Shown: piece by piece, positions 25,253-35,406 of the stretch | Numbering within the stretch: position 1 is the first letter of the stretch | How the letters are laid out: each line of letters starts with the position of its first letter | Assembly: GCA_947598395.1 (NCBI GenBank) | Contig: CANQFG010000002.1 | Coordinates: forward strand, 7,813 to 71,812 | DNA length: 64,000 nt | Direction: 5' to 3' | From: an uncultured Bacilli bacterium | GTDB lineage: Bacteria; Bacillota_I; Bacilli_A; RF39; UBA660 | Program-made: the position numbers and the translations under genes | Notes under the pieces: generated by a model | Database searches by the model: none | What the model saw: the letters and a program-made list of their open reading frames with translations, nothing else | What the model was told of the DNA's origin: nothing

Positions 25253-26584
25253 ATGGCAGAAATAAAGGATGTAATGGTTCTCGAAAGTATTCAAGTTGAT
25301 GGGGAGACGTATTTAAAACCATTAAAAATAGCTAGTGGGGAAATTAAAGATGGCAAAGTTATTATCGAAAATGAAGCCATTTCCCTTTTGGATAGTTGGA
25401 ATCAAGTGGGTGACGTAGCAGTAATAAAGAATTCTAGTAATGGTCTATTATTCGATTATTTTATAGATAATGTCGAAAAGTATTACAAAGTAGTCGCCGA
25501 TAATTTTTTAGTAATGCTCTCCGAAGAAGAGGCCAAGCGGATAAAAGAATTGTTTTCATTTTCCATTCCGACAAAGAGTTTGGCCGAGCAATTTATCGAA
25601 TATTGTAAGAATGGTGAGCAAAGGCAACCTTTTAAGTTAAATTCTTTGGTCAAAAATGAAGCCGAACAAAGGAAACCCGTCAATTTTAATATTGGCGATA
25701 TCTATGAATATGCCCAAAAGTATATCGTGGGTCAAGATGAACAACTGAAGACCTTTATTGCCAATTTATATATCAATTATCAATTAAATAAGCGCGAGGT
25801 TCCCAAAAATAAACTCGTGGATTTGCGGAAGACGATTTTAATTACGGGCTTTTCGGGTGTCGGCAAAACCTTGATGATGAAGACCGTCGCGCAAGCCTTA
25901 CATATTCCTTATGTCATCGAAGATATTACGCGCTATAGCAAGACGGCCTATGTCGGGCAAGATATCGATGCCATGTTTGAAAATTTATATCATGCCGCCG
26001 GCGATGATCGAGAAGAGGCCGAGAAGGGGATAATATTCATCGATGAGTTTGACAAGTGCTGCAATAATGATGAAGAACATGGCAAAGTAACGACAGTTGC
26101 CCTCCAAGAAGCCCTTTTAAAAAAGATCGAAGGGGTGACATTTAATTTGGAAATGGGTTCGCCCCTCAATCGGGAACATATTTCCTTTGATACTAGTCGG
26201 ATAACGTTTGTCTTAGCGGGTTCCTTCGCCAATTTGTCGCGTCAAAATGTCATAATCGATGATGAGACGTTGATGCGGGCTGGATTGATTCCCGAATTAG
26301 CTGGTCGCATCTCGACGACTATCAAGTTAAATACCCCGGATAAAGAGGACTTAAAGGCCTTCATTCAATTGCCGGATGGGTATTTTCAAAGTTATTTGGC
26401 CTTTTTAAGAGAGCTTGATGTACAAGTCGAATATGATGATGAATTTATCGATTATATTGCCGAAAAAGCAATTGAACTCGACCTTGGCTATCGCGGTGTC
26501 AAGAAGGTCTTGGAGAGTTTGATGGCCGACAACTTATATGATTCCCTTACGGGGAATATCTCGATATTGAAATTAAAAAAATAA
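25253..26584 (+). CDS. ClpX-like AAA+ ATPase lacking the zinc-binding N-domain
   Basis: YIVGQDEQLK, Walker A GFSGVGKT, pore-loop-like AYVGQD, Walker B IIFIDEFDK, ALQEALLKKIEG, IPELAGRI. The ~155-aa N-terminal region has no CxxC pairs. Start uncertain (25235 TTG or 25253 ATG). Confidence 0.65.
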   Translation: MAEIKDVMVLESIQVDGETYLKPLKIASGEIKDGKVIIENEAISLLDSWNQVGDVAVIKNSSNGLLFDYFIDNVEKYYKVVADNFLVMLSEEEAKRIKELFSFSIPTKSLAEQFIEYCKNGEQRQPFKLNSLVKNEAEQRKPVNFNIGDIYEYAQKYIVGQDEQLKTFIANLYINYQLNKREVPKNKLVDLRKTILITGFSGVGKTLMMKTVAQALHIPYVIEDITRYSKTAYVGQDIDAMFENLYHAAGDDREEAEKGIIFIDEFDKCCNNDEEHGKVTTVALQEALLKKIEGVTFNLEMGSPLNREHISFDTSRITFVLAGSFANLSRQNVIIDDETLMRAGLIPELAGRISTTIKLNTPDKEDLKAFIQLPDGYFQSYLAFLRELDVQVEYDDEFIDYIAEKAIELDLGYRGVKKVLESLMADNLYDSLTGNISILKLKK

Positions 26585-26613
26585 ATATGATAAAATGATG
26601 AGAGGTGACAGAT

Positions 26614-28410
26614 ATGGATTTAAGTCATTTTCGCAATTTTAGTATCATTGCCCATATTGATCATGGCAAGAGTACGTTGGCCGATCGCATTTTGGAGTTG
26701 ACGGGGGCCATAAATAAACACGATATGAAAGATCAAATCTTGGATAATATGGATTTGGAACGCGAACGAGGGATTACGATTAAGCTCAATGCCGTCGAGT
26801 TACATTATAATTATCGCGGTGAGGAATATCTCTTGCATTTGATCGATACGCCTGGACATGTCGATTTTTCCTATGAGGTGAGTCGGAGTTTGGCGGCCTG
26901 TGAAGGGGCCATCTTGCTCGTCGATGCGGCACAGGGAATCGAAGCTCAGACGCTTGCCAACCTCTATTTGGCCTTGAATAATAATTTGACGATTATTCCC
27001 GTTATCAATAAGATCGATCTACCCAATGCCGATGTCCCGAAGATTACTTCGGAACTCGTCGATGTCCTTGGCTTTAAGAAAGAGGATATCCTCCTCTGTA
27101 GTGGGAAAACGGGAGCTGGAGTACCCGAATTATTGGCTGCCATTATCGAGCGCATTCCCGCACCCAAAGTGGATACTTCTACGGAGACGAAGGCGATGAT
27201 TTTCGATTCCTATTTTGATCCCTATCGGGGCGTTATTGCCTCAGTGCGCGTCTTCAGTGGCGAGATAACGAAAAAAGACGTCATTAAATTGATGGCGAGC
27301 AATGCGACCTATGAAGTCGTCGAACTCGGCGTCAATACGCCCAAGAGCAAGAATGAAGATAAGCTCGTGGCCGGCCAAGTTGGCTGGATAAATGCCTCGA
27401 TTAAGACGATCGATACGATCAAAGTGGGGGATACGATAACGACCATAAAAAATCCGGCATCTAAACCTTTGCCGGGCTATCAACCGATGAAACCCATGGT
27501 CTATTCGGGTCTTTTTCCCATCGAACCGAATAAATTTGAAGCCCTTAAGGAAGCTTTGGAGAAATTAAAACTCAACGATGCCTCATTGGTGTTTGAACCG
27601 GAGACATCTGAGGCCTTGGGCTTTGGGTTCCGTTGTGGCTTTTTAGGCCTTTTACATATGGAGATTATTGAGGAGCGCATTACGCGCGAATTTGGCATCG
27701 ATATCATCGCGACTAGTCCCTCGGTCATCTATGAAGTTAGCCTTACAGATGGCGAGGAAATATTAATCGATTCGCCGACAAAGATGCCCGACCGTGCGAG
27801 TATCAAGGAGATTCGCGAACCCTTTATCACGACGAATATCTTCGTTCCAAGCGAATATATTGGAGCCATTATGGAACTCTGTCAAGATAAGCGCGGCATA
27901 TATAAGTCTTTGGAATATATCAATGAAAATCGCGTCAACATTCATTATGATTTGCCATTATCGGAAATCGTCTATGATTTTTTCGATCGCTTGAAATCGA
28001 GTACGCGGGGATACGCTTCCTTTGACTATGAGCTATGTGGTTATAAGGCCCAAGATCTCGTCAAAATGGATATCTTGATCAATGGCGAAGCGGTCGATGC
28101 CTTGAGTTTAATCGTCCATAAGGATTTTGCCTATGAACGCGGCAAGAGAATCGTCGAAAATTTAAAGGAGATCATTCCCCGGCAATTGTTTCAAGTTCCT
28201 CTCCAAGCGAGTATTGGTTCCAAGGTCATTGCCCGCGAAACGATAAGTCAAATGCGCAAGAATGTCCTTGCCAAATGTTATGGTGGCGATATTTCGCGGA
28301 AGCGGAAATTATTGGAAAAACAAAAAGAAGGTAAGAAGCGCATGAAGATGGTCGGCAGCGTCGAGATTCCACCGGAGGCCTTTTTAAGCGTCTTGAAGAC
28401 CGAAAAGTAG
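26614..28410 (+). CDS. lepA: elongation factor 4
   Basis: [29 protein letters not shown], and a LepA-specific C-terminus. Confidence 0.97.
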   Translation: MDLSHFRNFSIIAHIDHGKSTLADRILELTGAINKHDMKDQILDNMDLERERGITIKLNAVELHYNYRGEEYLLHLIDTPGHVDFSYEVSRSLAACEGAILLVDAAQGIEAQTLANLYLALNNNLTIIPVINKIDLPNADVPKITSELVDVLGFKKEDILLCSGKTGAGVPELLAAIIERIPAPKVDTSTETKAMIFDSYFDPYRGVIASVRVFSGEITKKDVIKLMASNATYEVVELGVNTPKSKNEDKLVAGQVGWINASIKTIDTIKVGDTITTIKNPASKPLPGYQPMKPMVYSGLFPIEPNKFEALKEALEKLKLNDASLVFEPETSEALGFGFRCGFLGLLHMEIIEERITREFGIDIIATSPSVIYEVSLTDGEEILIDSPTKMPDRASIKEIREPFITTNIFVPSEYIGAIMELCQDKRGIYKSLEYINENRVNIHYDLPLSEIVYDFFDRLKSSTRGYASFDYELCGYKAQDLVKMDILINGEAVDALSLIVHKDFAYERGKRIVENLKEIIPRQLFQVPLQASIGSKVIARETISQMRKNVLAKCYGGDISRKRKLLEKQKEGKKRMKMVGSVEIPPEAFLSVLKTEK

Positions 28411-28461
28411 ACAAAACTGCGCATATATGTTAAAATAATTCCCCGTTAAAGGGGTGTTTTA

Positions 28462-29025
28462 ATGACTTATCAAAAGGAATATATCGAATATTTAAGGTCA
28501 ATTGGCAAGTTAGAGATGAGTGCTGAAGAAATCCGCAAGGCCATCGTCTTAAAGAACAAAAATTGGCATAATATCAAATCGACGAATTGTTATGCCTTTG
28601 CCTTAGGTTTAGATATCGATGAAGAGGATATCGCTCCCGATGCCTATCAATTGGGAATAATGAGTTATTTTATCAATAATTATCCGAATAGTACGGAGTG
28701 GTGGGAAAAGTCTTTAAGCGAACTATTGCTGATGGATTTGGATACTTTGCGCATTTACCACTGCGAGGTCGATCCCAAGGAGGTCGTACCCGATGATTGT
28801 TGGAAGATTGCCTATATGGAAGCCGATTATGACTTTCACTTTGCCCGCCAAGCTAAAAATGGCATTTGGTATCATAAACAAGGCTTTTTGACGCCGACAT
28901 GCTATGATGATTCGGGTTCTGTTATAACCGATATCTGTCAGGCCGATATCGAAGATTATCAATTAAAGAAAGTAATGTGTCTTTCTTTGCGTAACATAAA
29001 TAAAAAGAATAAGCATAAACATTAA
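28462..29025 (+). CDS. hypothetical protein, possible Cys/His (papain-like fold?) enzyme
   Basis: STNCYAFALG and, later, DFHFARQ..WYHKQG could be a Cys...His pair. No confident family recognition. Confidence 0.4.
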   Translation: MTYQKEYIEYLRSIGKLEMSAEEIRKAIVLKNKNWHNIKSTNCYAFALGLDIDEEDIAPDAYQLGIMSYFINNYPNSTEWWEKSLSELLLMDLDTLRIYHCEVDPKEVVPDDCWKIAYMEADYDFHFARQAKNGIWYHKQGFLTPTCYDDSGSVITDICQADIEDYQLKKVMCLSLRNINKKNKHKH

Positions 29026-29096
29026 TAAGGCAACTATTAAATTAGTTGTTTTTTTTCACCCTTTATTATAAAATTTTGTTATAGGGTGGTGTAGTA

Positions 29097-30179
29097 ATGG
29101 AGTCCGTTTATATTCATGTTCCCTTTTGTGCCAATATCTGTTCCTATTGTGATTTTCCCAAAGTATTGCATATCGATACCTTTGTCGAAGATTATTTGGA
29201 AGCATTGCGGCGCGAAATTGAAAATAGTTATGATGGCGAACGAATTAAGACGATTTATATTGGTGGGGGAACGCCATCGTGTTTAAATCATCGGGAACGC
29301 CTGAAACTCTTGCGCATTATCGAAATATTTAATCGGACCCCGGATTGTGAATATACGATCGAATGCAATCCCGAAGATATCACGGAAGAACTTCTCGATG
29401 ATATCGTGAGTGGTGGCGTCAATCGCATCAGCATGGGAATCGAATCCTTTGACGAGGAAAACAATCGCCTACTCAAACGCCATATCAATTATGAGGATAT
29501 CGAACACAAGATAGAAATGATTCGCCGGCGGGGAATAAGCAACATCAACTTGGATTTGATGTATGCCATTCCGGGAGAGAAAATGCCAACTTTAAAAAAG
29601 GACTTGAGCAAGCTATTAAAGCTCAATCCTACCCATATATCGACGTATTCGCTCATCTTAGAAGAACATACGAAGTTAAATAATGATGGTGCCAAGTATA
29701 TCAGTGAAGATCTCGATTACAAGATGTATCAAACGATATGTGAGAGACTAAAAAAAGCCGGCTTTGTGCATTACGAAGTCAGCAATTTTGCCTTACCGGG
29801 ATATGAATCGTTACATAATCTCAATTATTGGAATAATGGCGAATATTATGGCTTTGGCATGGGGGCTTCCGGTTATAAAGATGGTTTCCGTTATGAAAAT
29901 ACCAAGAATTTACATGAATATATCGCCTTGCATTTTCGAGCTAGTGAAAATTTAATGACGCATAAAGAGCAGATGGATAATGAAATAATGCTCGGGTTGC
30001 GAAAGATCGAGGGAATCAATGTCGATACCTTTTATGAAAAATATGGTCAAAATATTCAAGACGTCTATCCCGTAAAAGAATTGATTAAGAGTGGGGAATT
30101 AGTCTATAAGAATGGCTATTTGGCTATCCCAATTAATAAAATTTATGTCATGAATGCCATTTTAGTTAAGTTAATTTAA
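29097..30179 (+). CDS. hemW: radical SAM heme chaperone HemW (HemN-like)
   Basis: YIHVPFCANICSYCDF radical-SAM CxxxCxxC, IYIGGGTPS. Position after lepA, as in Bacillus. Confidence 0.9.
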   Translation: MESVYIHVPFCANICSYCDFPKVLHIDTFVEDYLEALRREIENSYDGERIKTIYIGGGTPSCLNHRERLKLLRIIEIFNRTPDCEYTIECNPEDITEELLDDIVSGGVNRISMGIESFDEENNRLLKRHINYEDIEHKIEMIRRRGISNINLDLMYAIPGEKMPTLKKDLSKLLKLNPTHISTYSLILEEHTKLNNDGAKYISEDLDYKMYQTICERLKKAGFVHYEVSNFALPGYESLHNLNYWNNGEYYGFGMGASGYKDGFRYENTKNLHEYIALHFRASENLMTHKEQMDNEIMLGLRKIEGINVDTFYEKYGQNIQDVYPVKELIKSGELVYKNGYLAIPINKIYVMNAILVKLI

Positions 30180-30236
30180 TCTTGAATTTACTACTACTCT
30201 TTGCTATAATTCAAGATAGAATAGAAGGGATTAATT

Positions 30237-31835
30237 ATGAAGCGAGGATTTAAATCCTTATTAATGATTTTAGGTGTCTTTTGGATTTTATCCGCACCAC
30301 AAAATGTCTGGGCTGCCGAATATAAATTAGGCAAAGCCGAAAAGTCAGAAAATATAACGAAAATACCAGTAACGATACATATTGGCGATAACGAAAGTAT
30401 TACGCAAGCCAAGCTTACGTGTGATGCCAAAAATTCCGATGTCGATTGCCGCATCGAGATTATCGAAGGGTTAGGATTTACGGCCAATGAGAGTGCCAAT
30501 GGCATCGTATTGAGCTATATCAATAGTTCTGATCCGAGCGATAACAATTTTCCAAAGGGCGATACGGTAGTTGCCAATGTCATCTTGACCAATAATTCGA
30601 CGTCAGCGTTGAGCAATGTGCGCGTCGATTTAGAGGGCTCGACGATTGGCGATGTAGCTCAAAGTGATTATACTGATGCCTCATTGGGAGCTAAGCCCGT
30701 TGAAAAACCTAAATCTGGGGATGCCACTTTAAAGAGTCTCAAGGTCTCGCAAGGAAAGATGAGTCCCGAATTTAAAAATGATGTCTATGATTATACGATT
30801 TATGATATTGCCGATACCATCAATAGCGTCAAGATAACCTATGAATGTAATGCGCCAGCCGATGAAGGCGAGTGTTCCGATTCGGGATTCCATGGTGGAA
30901 AGAGTACCAATGGTTCGACCGTTACTTTAAATCAAGGGGAAAATAAAGTCTATTTTGAAATTACGAGTCCCGATGGCAATAACCATGTCACCTATAATTT
31001 AACGATCTATCGTGGGGAATCGACTTTTAACTCCGATAAGTTGAGTTCCCTAAGTGTTGGCGACTATACTTTGACGCCTGCCTTCAGTGCCGATGTCGTC
31101 TCCTATAACTTGACTGTTCCAAATACGATATCGAGCATTAAAGATCTTATTGCTTATACCCTCCAAGATGAAAAGGCCAAAGTCGATGTTCAAGGGGCCG
31201 AAAATTTAATCGTCGGTTTGAATCGCGTCACCTTAAAGGTCGATAATGTCAATGGCGATTCTTCGAAGACATATGTCATCAATGTCACGCGGTTATCCGA
31301 AGAAAATATTGAAATTGTCAGTTATAAAAACAATATCGTCACCTATAAAGATGAAAATGGCATCGAATCCAAGATCGAAATGACCGAATTCGAAAAACAA
31401 TATCCAACCGAAGCGGCCAAGATTAAAAATGGAATTTATAAATTCGATGAAGAGGGAAATCTCATCGTCGAAAATACCAATCCAACGGTTACGGAAGAAC
31501 CCGAGGCCGACGAAGAGAAAAAAGATAATAAAGTATGGTTAATCGTCGTCTTAGTTATCGTCGGTTTAGCTATTATTATCGTTTCGGGTATCCTCATCTT
31601 CCGCAAGAAGGATAAAAAGGAAGAGTTGAGTGATGCCAAAGAGGAAAATATCGAAAAACATGAAGACAAGGCACCAGCTGAAGAAGAAGATGAAAACTAT
31701 AGTGAAGATGGCATCGAAGAAGCCGTCATCGGTGGGGAATTTTCCGATGATCTCGATACGACGGTCGATGTCGATATTGCCCTTAATGATTTGATGAATA
31801 CCAAACAATATGAATTTGATGATGATCAAGAATAG
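30237..31835 (+). CDS. surface protein: signal peptide + N-domain + two cadherin-like beta-sandwich domains + C-terminal TM anchor + acidic tail
   Basis: Signal peptide LLMILGVFWILSAPQNVWA|AE. LKSLKVSQGKMSPEFKNDVYDYTIY and LSSLSVGDYTLTPAFSADVVSYNLTV are cadherin-like starts. TM segment WLIVVLVIVGLAIIIVSGILIF followed by RKKDKK. Confidence 0.75.
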   Translation: MKRGFKSLLMILGVFWILSAPQNVWAAEYKLGKAEKSENITKIPVTIHIGDNESITQAKLTCDAKNSDVDCRIEIIEGLGFTANESANGIVLSYINSSDPSDNNFPKGDTVVANVILTNNSTSALSNVRVDLEGSTIGDVAQSDYTDASLGAKPVEKPKSGDATLKSLKVSQGKMSPEFKNDVYDYTIYDIADTINSVKITYECNAPADEGECSDSGFHGGKSTNGSTVTLNQGENKVYFEITSPDGNNHVTYNLTIYRGESTFNSDKLSSLSVGDYTLTPAFSADVVSYNLTVPNTISSIKDLIAYTLQDEKAKVDVQGAENLIVGLNRVTLKVDNVNGDSSKTYVINVTRLSEENIEIVSYKNNIVTYKDENGIESKIEMTEFEKQYPTEAAKIKNGIYKFDEEGNLIVENTNPTVTEEPEADEEKKDNKVWLIVVLVIVGLAIIIVSGILIFRKKDKKEELSDAKEENIEKHEDKAPAEEEDENYSEDGIEEAVIGGEFSDDLDTTVDVDIALNDLMNTKQYEFDDDQE

Positions 31836-31869
31836 CCTAGAAACCCTAGGCTTTTTCTCATGAAAAGGC

Positions 31870-31898
31870 TTGCAATGAATAATAAAGTGTATTATAAT
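31870..31898 (+). promoter_or_regulatory. sigma-A type promoter (TTGCAA-17-TATAAT) for rpsU
   Basis: TTGCAA at 31870-75, a 17-nt spacer, and TATAAT at 31893-98. Confidence 0.6.
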
Positions 31899-31927
31899 AC
31901 TAGTGAATTGAGAGGAGGGAAGCAAAA

Positions 31928-32113
31928 ATGACGAAAGTTGAAGTAAAAAATGGCGATGTCAATGGAGCCTTAAAGAGATTTAAAATGAAAGTTGCTAAAA
32001 GCGGTGTCCCTTCTGAACTTAAAAAACATAAACATTATTCAAAACCAGGAGTAAAGAGACGCGAAGCTAAGAAAGAAATGATTAAAAATTCGCGCAAGAG
32101 ACATAGAGGATAG
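31928..32113 (+). CDS. rpsU: 30S ribosomal protein S21
   Basis: ALKRFKMKVAKSG...YSKPGVKRREAKKE... matches the S21 pattern. RBS GAGGAGGG. Confidence 0.95.
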   Translation: MTKVEVKNGDVNGALKRFKMKVAKSGVPSELKKHKHYSKPGVKRREAKKEMIKNSRKRHRG

Positions 32114-32179
32114 GCCATATCCTTTTTTCTTTGCAGTGTTTTTTTTATCCTTGAGTCATATAATTTATTGGTGAATATT

Positions 32180-32413
32180 ATGCTAGATATTATCAAGTCG
32201 TATGTTAAGGATGAAAAATACTATGTCGTAATTATGGAAAAGGGCGTATATATCAAGAATGTCGAGAATCTCATCAGCGTCCGCGATGAGGAAGTCTTAC
32301 TTCGCATCGATAAGCATATTTGGAAGATTACGGGATCGAATTTTGTCTTGACGAAGAGCATGGATCGAGAAATTAGCATTGCCGGTCATGTCGAGGGCTT
32401 TAATCAATTATGA
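32180..32413 (+). CDS. yqfC: sporulation protein YqfC
   Basis: Small protein with ...VEN.ISV.DEEVLLRI...I.G.NF.L... . Precedes yqfD and follows rpsU, as in B. subtilis. The ATG at 32180 follows GGTGA. Confidence 0.75.
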   Translation: MLDIIKSYVKDEKYYVVIMEKGVYIKNVENLISVRDEEVLLRIDKHIWKITGSNFVLTKSMDREISIAGHVEGFNQL

Positions 32414-33546
32414 TTTTAATTAAAGTTACAAATGAAGAAAAACGCTTTATCGATAAATGCCTAAAATATCACATCAATCTCCTAAATATCACCAAGAAAA
32501 AAAACTATCTATTAGTCAAAGTCAATGATGCGGATTTAGATAATATCGTGCGCCTCAATTATTATTCGAAGATCGAAATCGTCAAATATTATGGCATCAA
32601 GGGCTTTGTGCATCATCTCAAGAGTTATGCCTTCGATTATCTATTGCTGCTAATTTTTTTTATTTGTCTATACTTGATTAGCAATGTCATCGTCGAAGTT
32701 CGCATCAGTCATGAGAGCAAGGAACTGCGCGATCGCGTCAAAGCCATCTTAATTGATAAGGGGATAAAACCATTAAGCTACCGCAAGAGCTTGCGGGAAT
32801 TGAGTGAAATATCCGAAAGTATTTTAGAGGAAAATAAAGATTTTCTCGATTTTATCAGCATCAATCGCGTCGGCATGAGCTATGAAGTGGCCTTTGAAGA
32901 ACGCATTATCAATCCTCCAGTAGCGGAAGAGGGGTTCTGTCATGTCGTGGCCAAGAAGGATGGTATCATCAAGCGTATCGTGGCCTCTTCCGGCGTTACG
33001 ATGGTCGAGACGGCCCAATTTGTCCATAAGGGCGATATCTTGATAAGTGGCGATATCATGTTAAATGAAGAAGTCAAGGATCACACCTGTGCCAAAGGCG
33101 AAGTCATCGGAGAGACGTGGTACCGCGTCAATTTGACGATTCCCCTAAAATATGAGGAGAAGAAATATACGGAGAAGAGCCGCTATAACTTTATCTTAAA
33201 TGGCAATTATCTCTATCGGAAGAACTACGAACATTATGATGAATTCATCATCTCGAAGATCGACTTATTTGGCCAACAATTCAAGATTATCAAGCAGCAA
33301 GAATTTGTGAGCACTGACCATATTCGAAGTGTCGATGAAGTGCATCAATTGGCAACGGATGCCATACTGCAACATCTTCGGGAAAAAAGTGGCGAAAATA
33401 TTCAGATATTAGAGCAAAATGTTTTGAAAGAAACGAAAAATGATAGTACAATAGATTTAGAAGTGTTTGTTGCCGTCTTAGAGAGTATCGGTGAGACACA
33501 AGAATTTGAAGTGGGTGAAGAAAGTGATACCGAACCGAGCCATTAA
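32410..33546 (+). CDS. yqfD: sporulation protein YqfD
   Basis: ~380 aa with one central TM (FDYLLLLIFFICLYLISNVIV). Overlaps yqfC by 4 nt. Conserved synteny. Confidence 0.75.
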   Translation: MILIKVTNEEKRFIDKCLKYHINLLNITKKKNYLLVKVNDADLDNIVRLNYYSKIEIVKYYGIKGFVHHLKSYAFDYLLLLIFFICLYLISNVIVEVRISHESKELRDRVKAILIDKGIKPLSYRKSLRELSEISESILEENKDFLDFISINRVGMSYEVAFEERIINPPVAEEGFCHVVAKKDGIIKRIVASSGVTMVETAQFVHKGDILISGDIMLNEEVKDHTCAKGEVIGETWYRVNLTIPLKYEEKKYTEKSRYNFILNGNYLYRKNYEHYDEFIISKIDLFGQQFKIIKQQEFVSTDHIRSVDEVHQLATDAILQHLREKSGENIQILEQNVLKETKNDSTIDLEVFVAVLESIGETQEFEVGEESDTEPSH

Positions 33547-34054
33547 TATCCTTTTCGATCTAGTTCCCATGGTCGTCCTCTTTTCCGTCGTCATGATAAC
33601 CGTTCGCGTAATGTTTAGTCTCATTGCCAAGGAAAAGATCAATATTTATCAAGAATTAAAGAAATTGCTTTATGTTATCTATTGTTTTGCCTTATTTAAG
33701 TTGGTAACGACGACCGATTTTGAAAGTTTTTCGAATAATTTTATGCCCTTTCGGGAAATGACGCGTTATGAAGTCAGCAGTCCCTTATTCTTTCGAAATG
33801 TCTTGGGAAATATCTGTCTATTCATTCCCTTTGGCTATCTAATAACGGATATGTTTTGGGAACGGACGAAGAAGGCCACGGTTTTCATTCCCCTAATCGT
33901 GGTCGTGATTACCAGTTTGACCATCGAAATCATTCAGATGTATATTGGGCGCAGCTTCGATATCGACGATATTATTTTAAATTTTATCGGCGGTCTCGTC
34001 GGCTATCTTTTCTTTGTCGTCCTTCATAAGATAATGGATATATTAAAGAGGTAA
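33524..34054 (+). CDS. VanZ-like membrane protein
   Basis: NVLGNICLFIPFGYLI and DIDDIILNFIGGLVGY are VanZ-family blocks. Start uncertain: the GTG at 33524 follows GGTGA, and the tracked start is 33491. Confidence 0.7.
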   Translation: MIPNRAINILFDLVPMVVLFSVVMITVRVMFSLIAKEKINIYQELKKLLYVIYCFALFKLVTTTDFESFSNNFMPFREMTRYEVSSPLFFRNVLGNICLFIPFGYLITDMFWERTKKATVFIPLIVVVITSLTIEIIQMYIGRSFDIDDIILNFIGGLVGYLFFVVLHKIMDILKR

Positions 34055-34056
34055 GT

Positions 34057-34500
34057 ATGAATAATTATGATATAATCGATGAATTTGGCTATCATGAAGA
34101 TTATAGCTATTTAGATGAGGTATTTGCTCATTGCTTAAAAAAGCTCGATATAAAAAAGGCATCTTTTTCCGTCATATTGATTGGCGATGAAGAGATGCAG
34201 GCTTTGAATAAGAACTATCGGGGCATCGATCGCTCGACGGATGTCTTGAGTTTTGCGCTCGAAGATAATCAGACTTTTACAACGGATATTCGCATTCTGG
34301 GCGATATCTATATCTCGATTCCCAAGATGCGCAAGCAGGCGGTAGAATATGGGCATTCGGAAAAGCGCGAACTTTCCTTTTTGGCCCTTCATGGACTGTT
34401 GCACCTTTTGGGGTATGATCATACGAAGAGTTTAGAGGAAGAAAAACGCCAATTTGGCTTACAAGAGACTATTTTGCAAGAATTAAATATTGTGTTATAA
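34057..34500 (+). CDS. ybeY: rRNA maturation endoribonuclease YbeY
   Basis: HGLLHLLGYDH zinc motif, DVLSF, and matching size. Confidence 0.95.
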   Translation: MNNYDIIDEFGYHEDYSYLDEVFAHCLKKLDIKKASFSVILIGDEEMQALNKNYRGIDRSTDVLSFALEDNQTFTTDIRILGDIYISIPKMRKQAVEYGHSEKRELSFLALHGLLHLLGYDHTKSLEEEKRQFGLQETILQELNIVL

Positions 34501-34527
34501 TAATTATTATAGTAAGGAGTAGTAAAT

Positions 34528-35406
34528 ATGCGCAGTGGTTTTGTTAGTATAATAGGACGTCCTAATACCGGTAAGAGTACGTTGATAAATACGTTGATCA
34601 ACGAAAAAATTGCCATCGTTTCCAGTGTTGCGGGTACGACGCGGAATACGATTCAAGGCGTCTATAATGAAGCCGATACGCAGATTGTCTTTGTCGATAC
34701 TCCCGGAATTCATCGTGCAACCGATCGCTTAGGCAAACATTTGAATAAGCAATCCTATGAGTCCCTTGAAGATATCGATGCCATCCTCTTCGTCGTCGAT
34801 GCGGCGGCCGGATTAGGGCGGGGCGATAAATTCATCATCGAAGCCTTGAAGCATACGAGTGTTCCCGTAATTCTCGTCTTAAATAAGATCGATAAGATTA
34901 CTCAAGAGGGAATCTATAAGGCCATCTTAAAGTATAAAGATCTCTACAAATTTGCCGATATTATTCCGATAAGTGCCTTAAAACACGATAATGTCGATCG
35001 CTTAATCGAAGTCATTAAACCATATTTAAAGGATTCGATCCGTTATTATGAAGACGATGTCGTCACCAATAACGATAAGTCGTTTATGATAAGTGAATTA
35101 GTGCGCGAAAAAATTCTCAATATGACGGCCGAAGAAGTGCCGCATGCCGTAACTTGTGTCTTGACTTCCTACCAAGAAAAGAGCAATATCGTCGATATCA
35201 TGGTCGACATCATCGTCAGTCGCGATTCCTTAAAGAAGATTCTCATCGGCAAACAGGGAAGTATGCTCAAAAATATTGGAACCGAGGCCCGCAAGGATAT
35301 CGAGAAGATGTTGGGGAAAGCCGTATATTTAGAGCTTTATGTCAAGACGGTTAAAAATTGGCGCAATAAAGAACGTTATTTACAAGAGTTAGGATTTGAT
35401 GATTAA
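34528..35406 (+). CDS. era: GTPase Era
   Basis: GRPNTGKSTL, DTPG, NKID, and a KH-domain C-terminus. Confidence 0.97.
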   Translation: MRSGFVSIIGRPNTGKSTLINTLINEKIAIVSSVAGTTRNTIQGVYNEADTQIVFVDTPGIHRATDRLGKHLNKQSYESLEDIDAILFVVDAAAGLGRGDKFIIEALKHTSVPVILVLNKIDKITQEGIYKAILKYKDLYKFADIIPISALKHDNVDRLIEVIKPYLKDSIRYYEDDVVTNNDKSFMISELVREKILNMTAEEVPHAVTCVLTSYQEKSNIVDIMVDIIVSRDSLKKILIGKQGSMLKNIGTEARKDIEKMLGKAVYLELYVKTVKNWRNKERYLQELGFDD

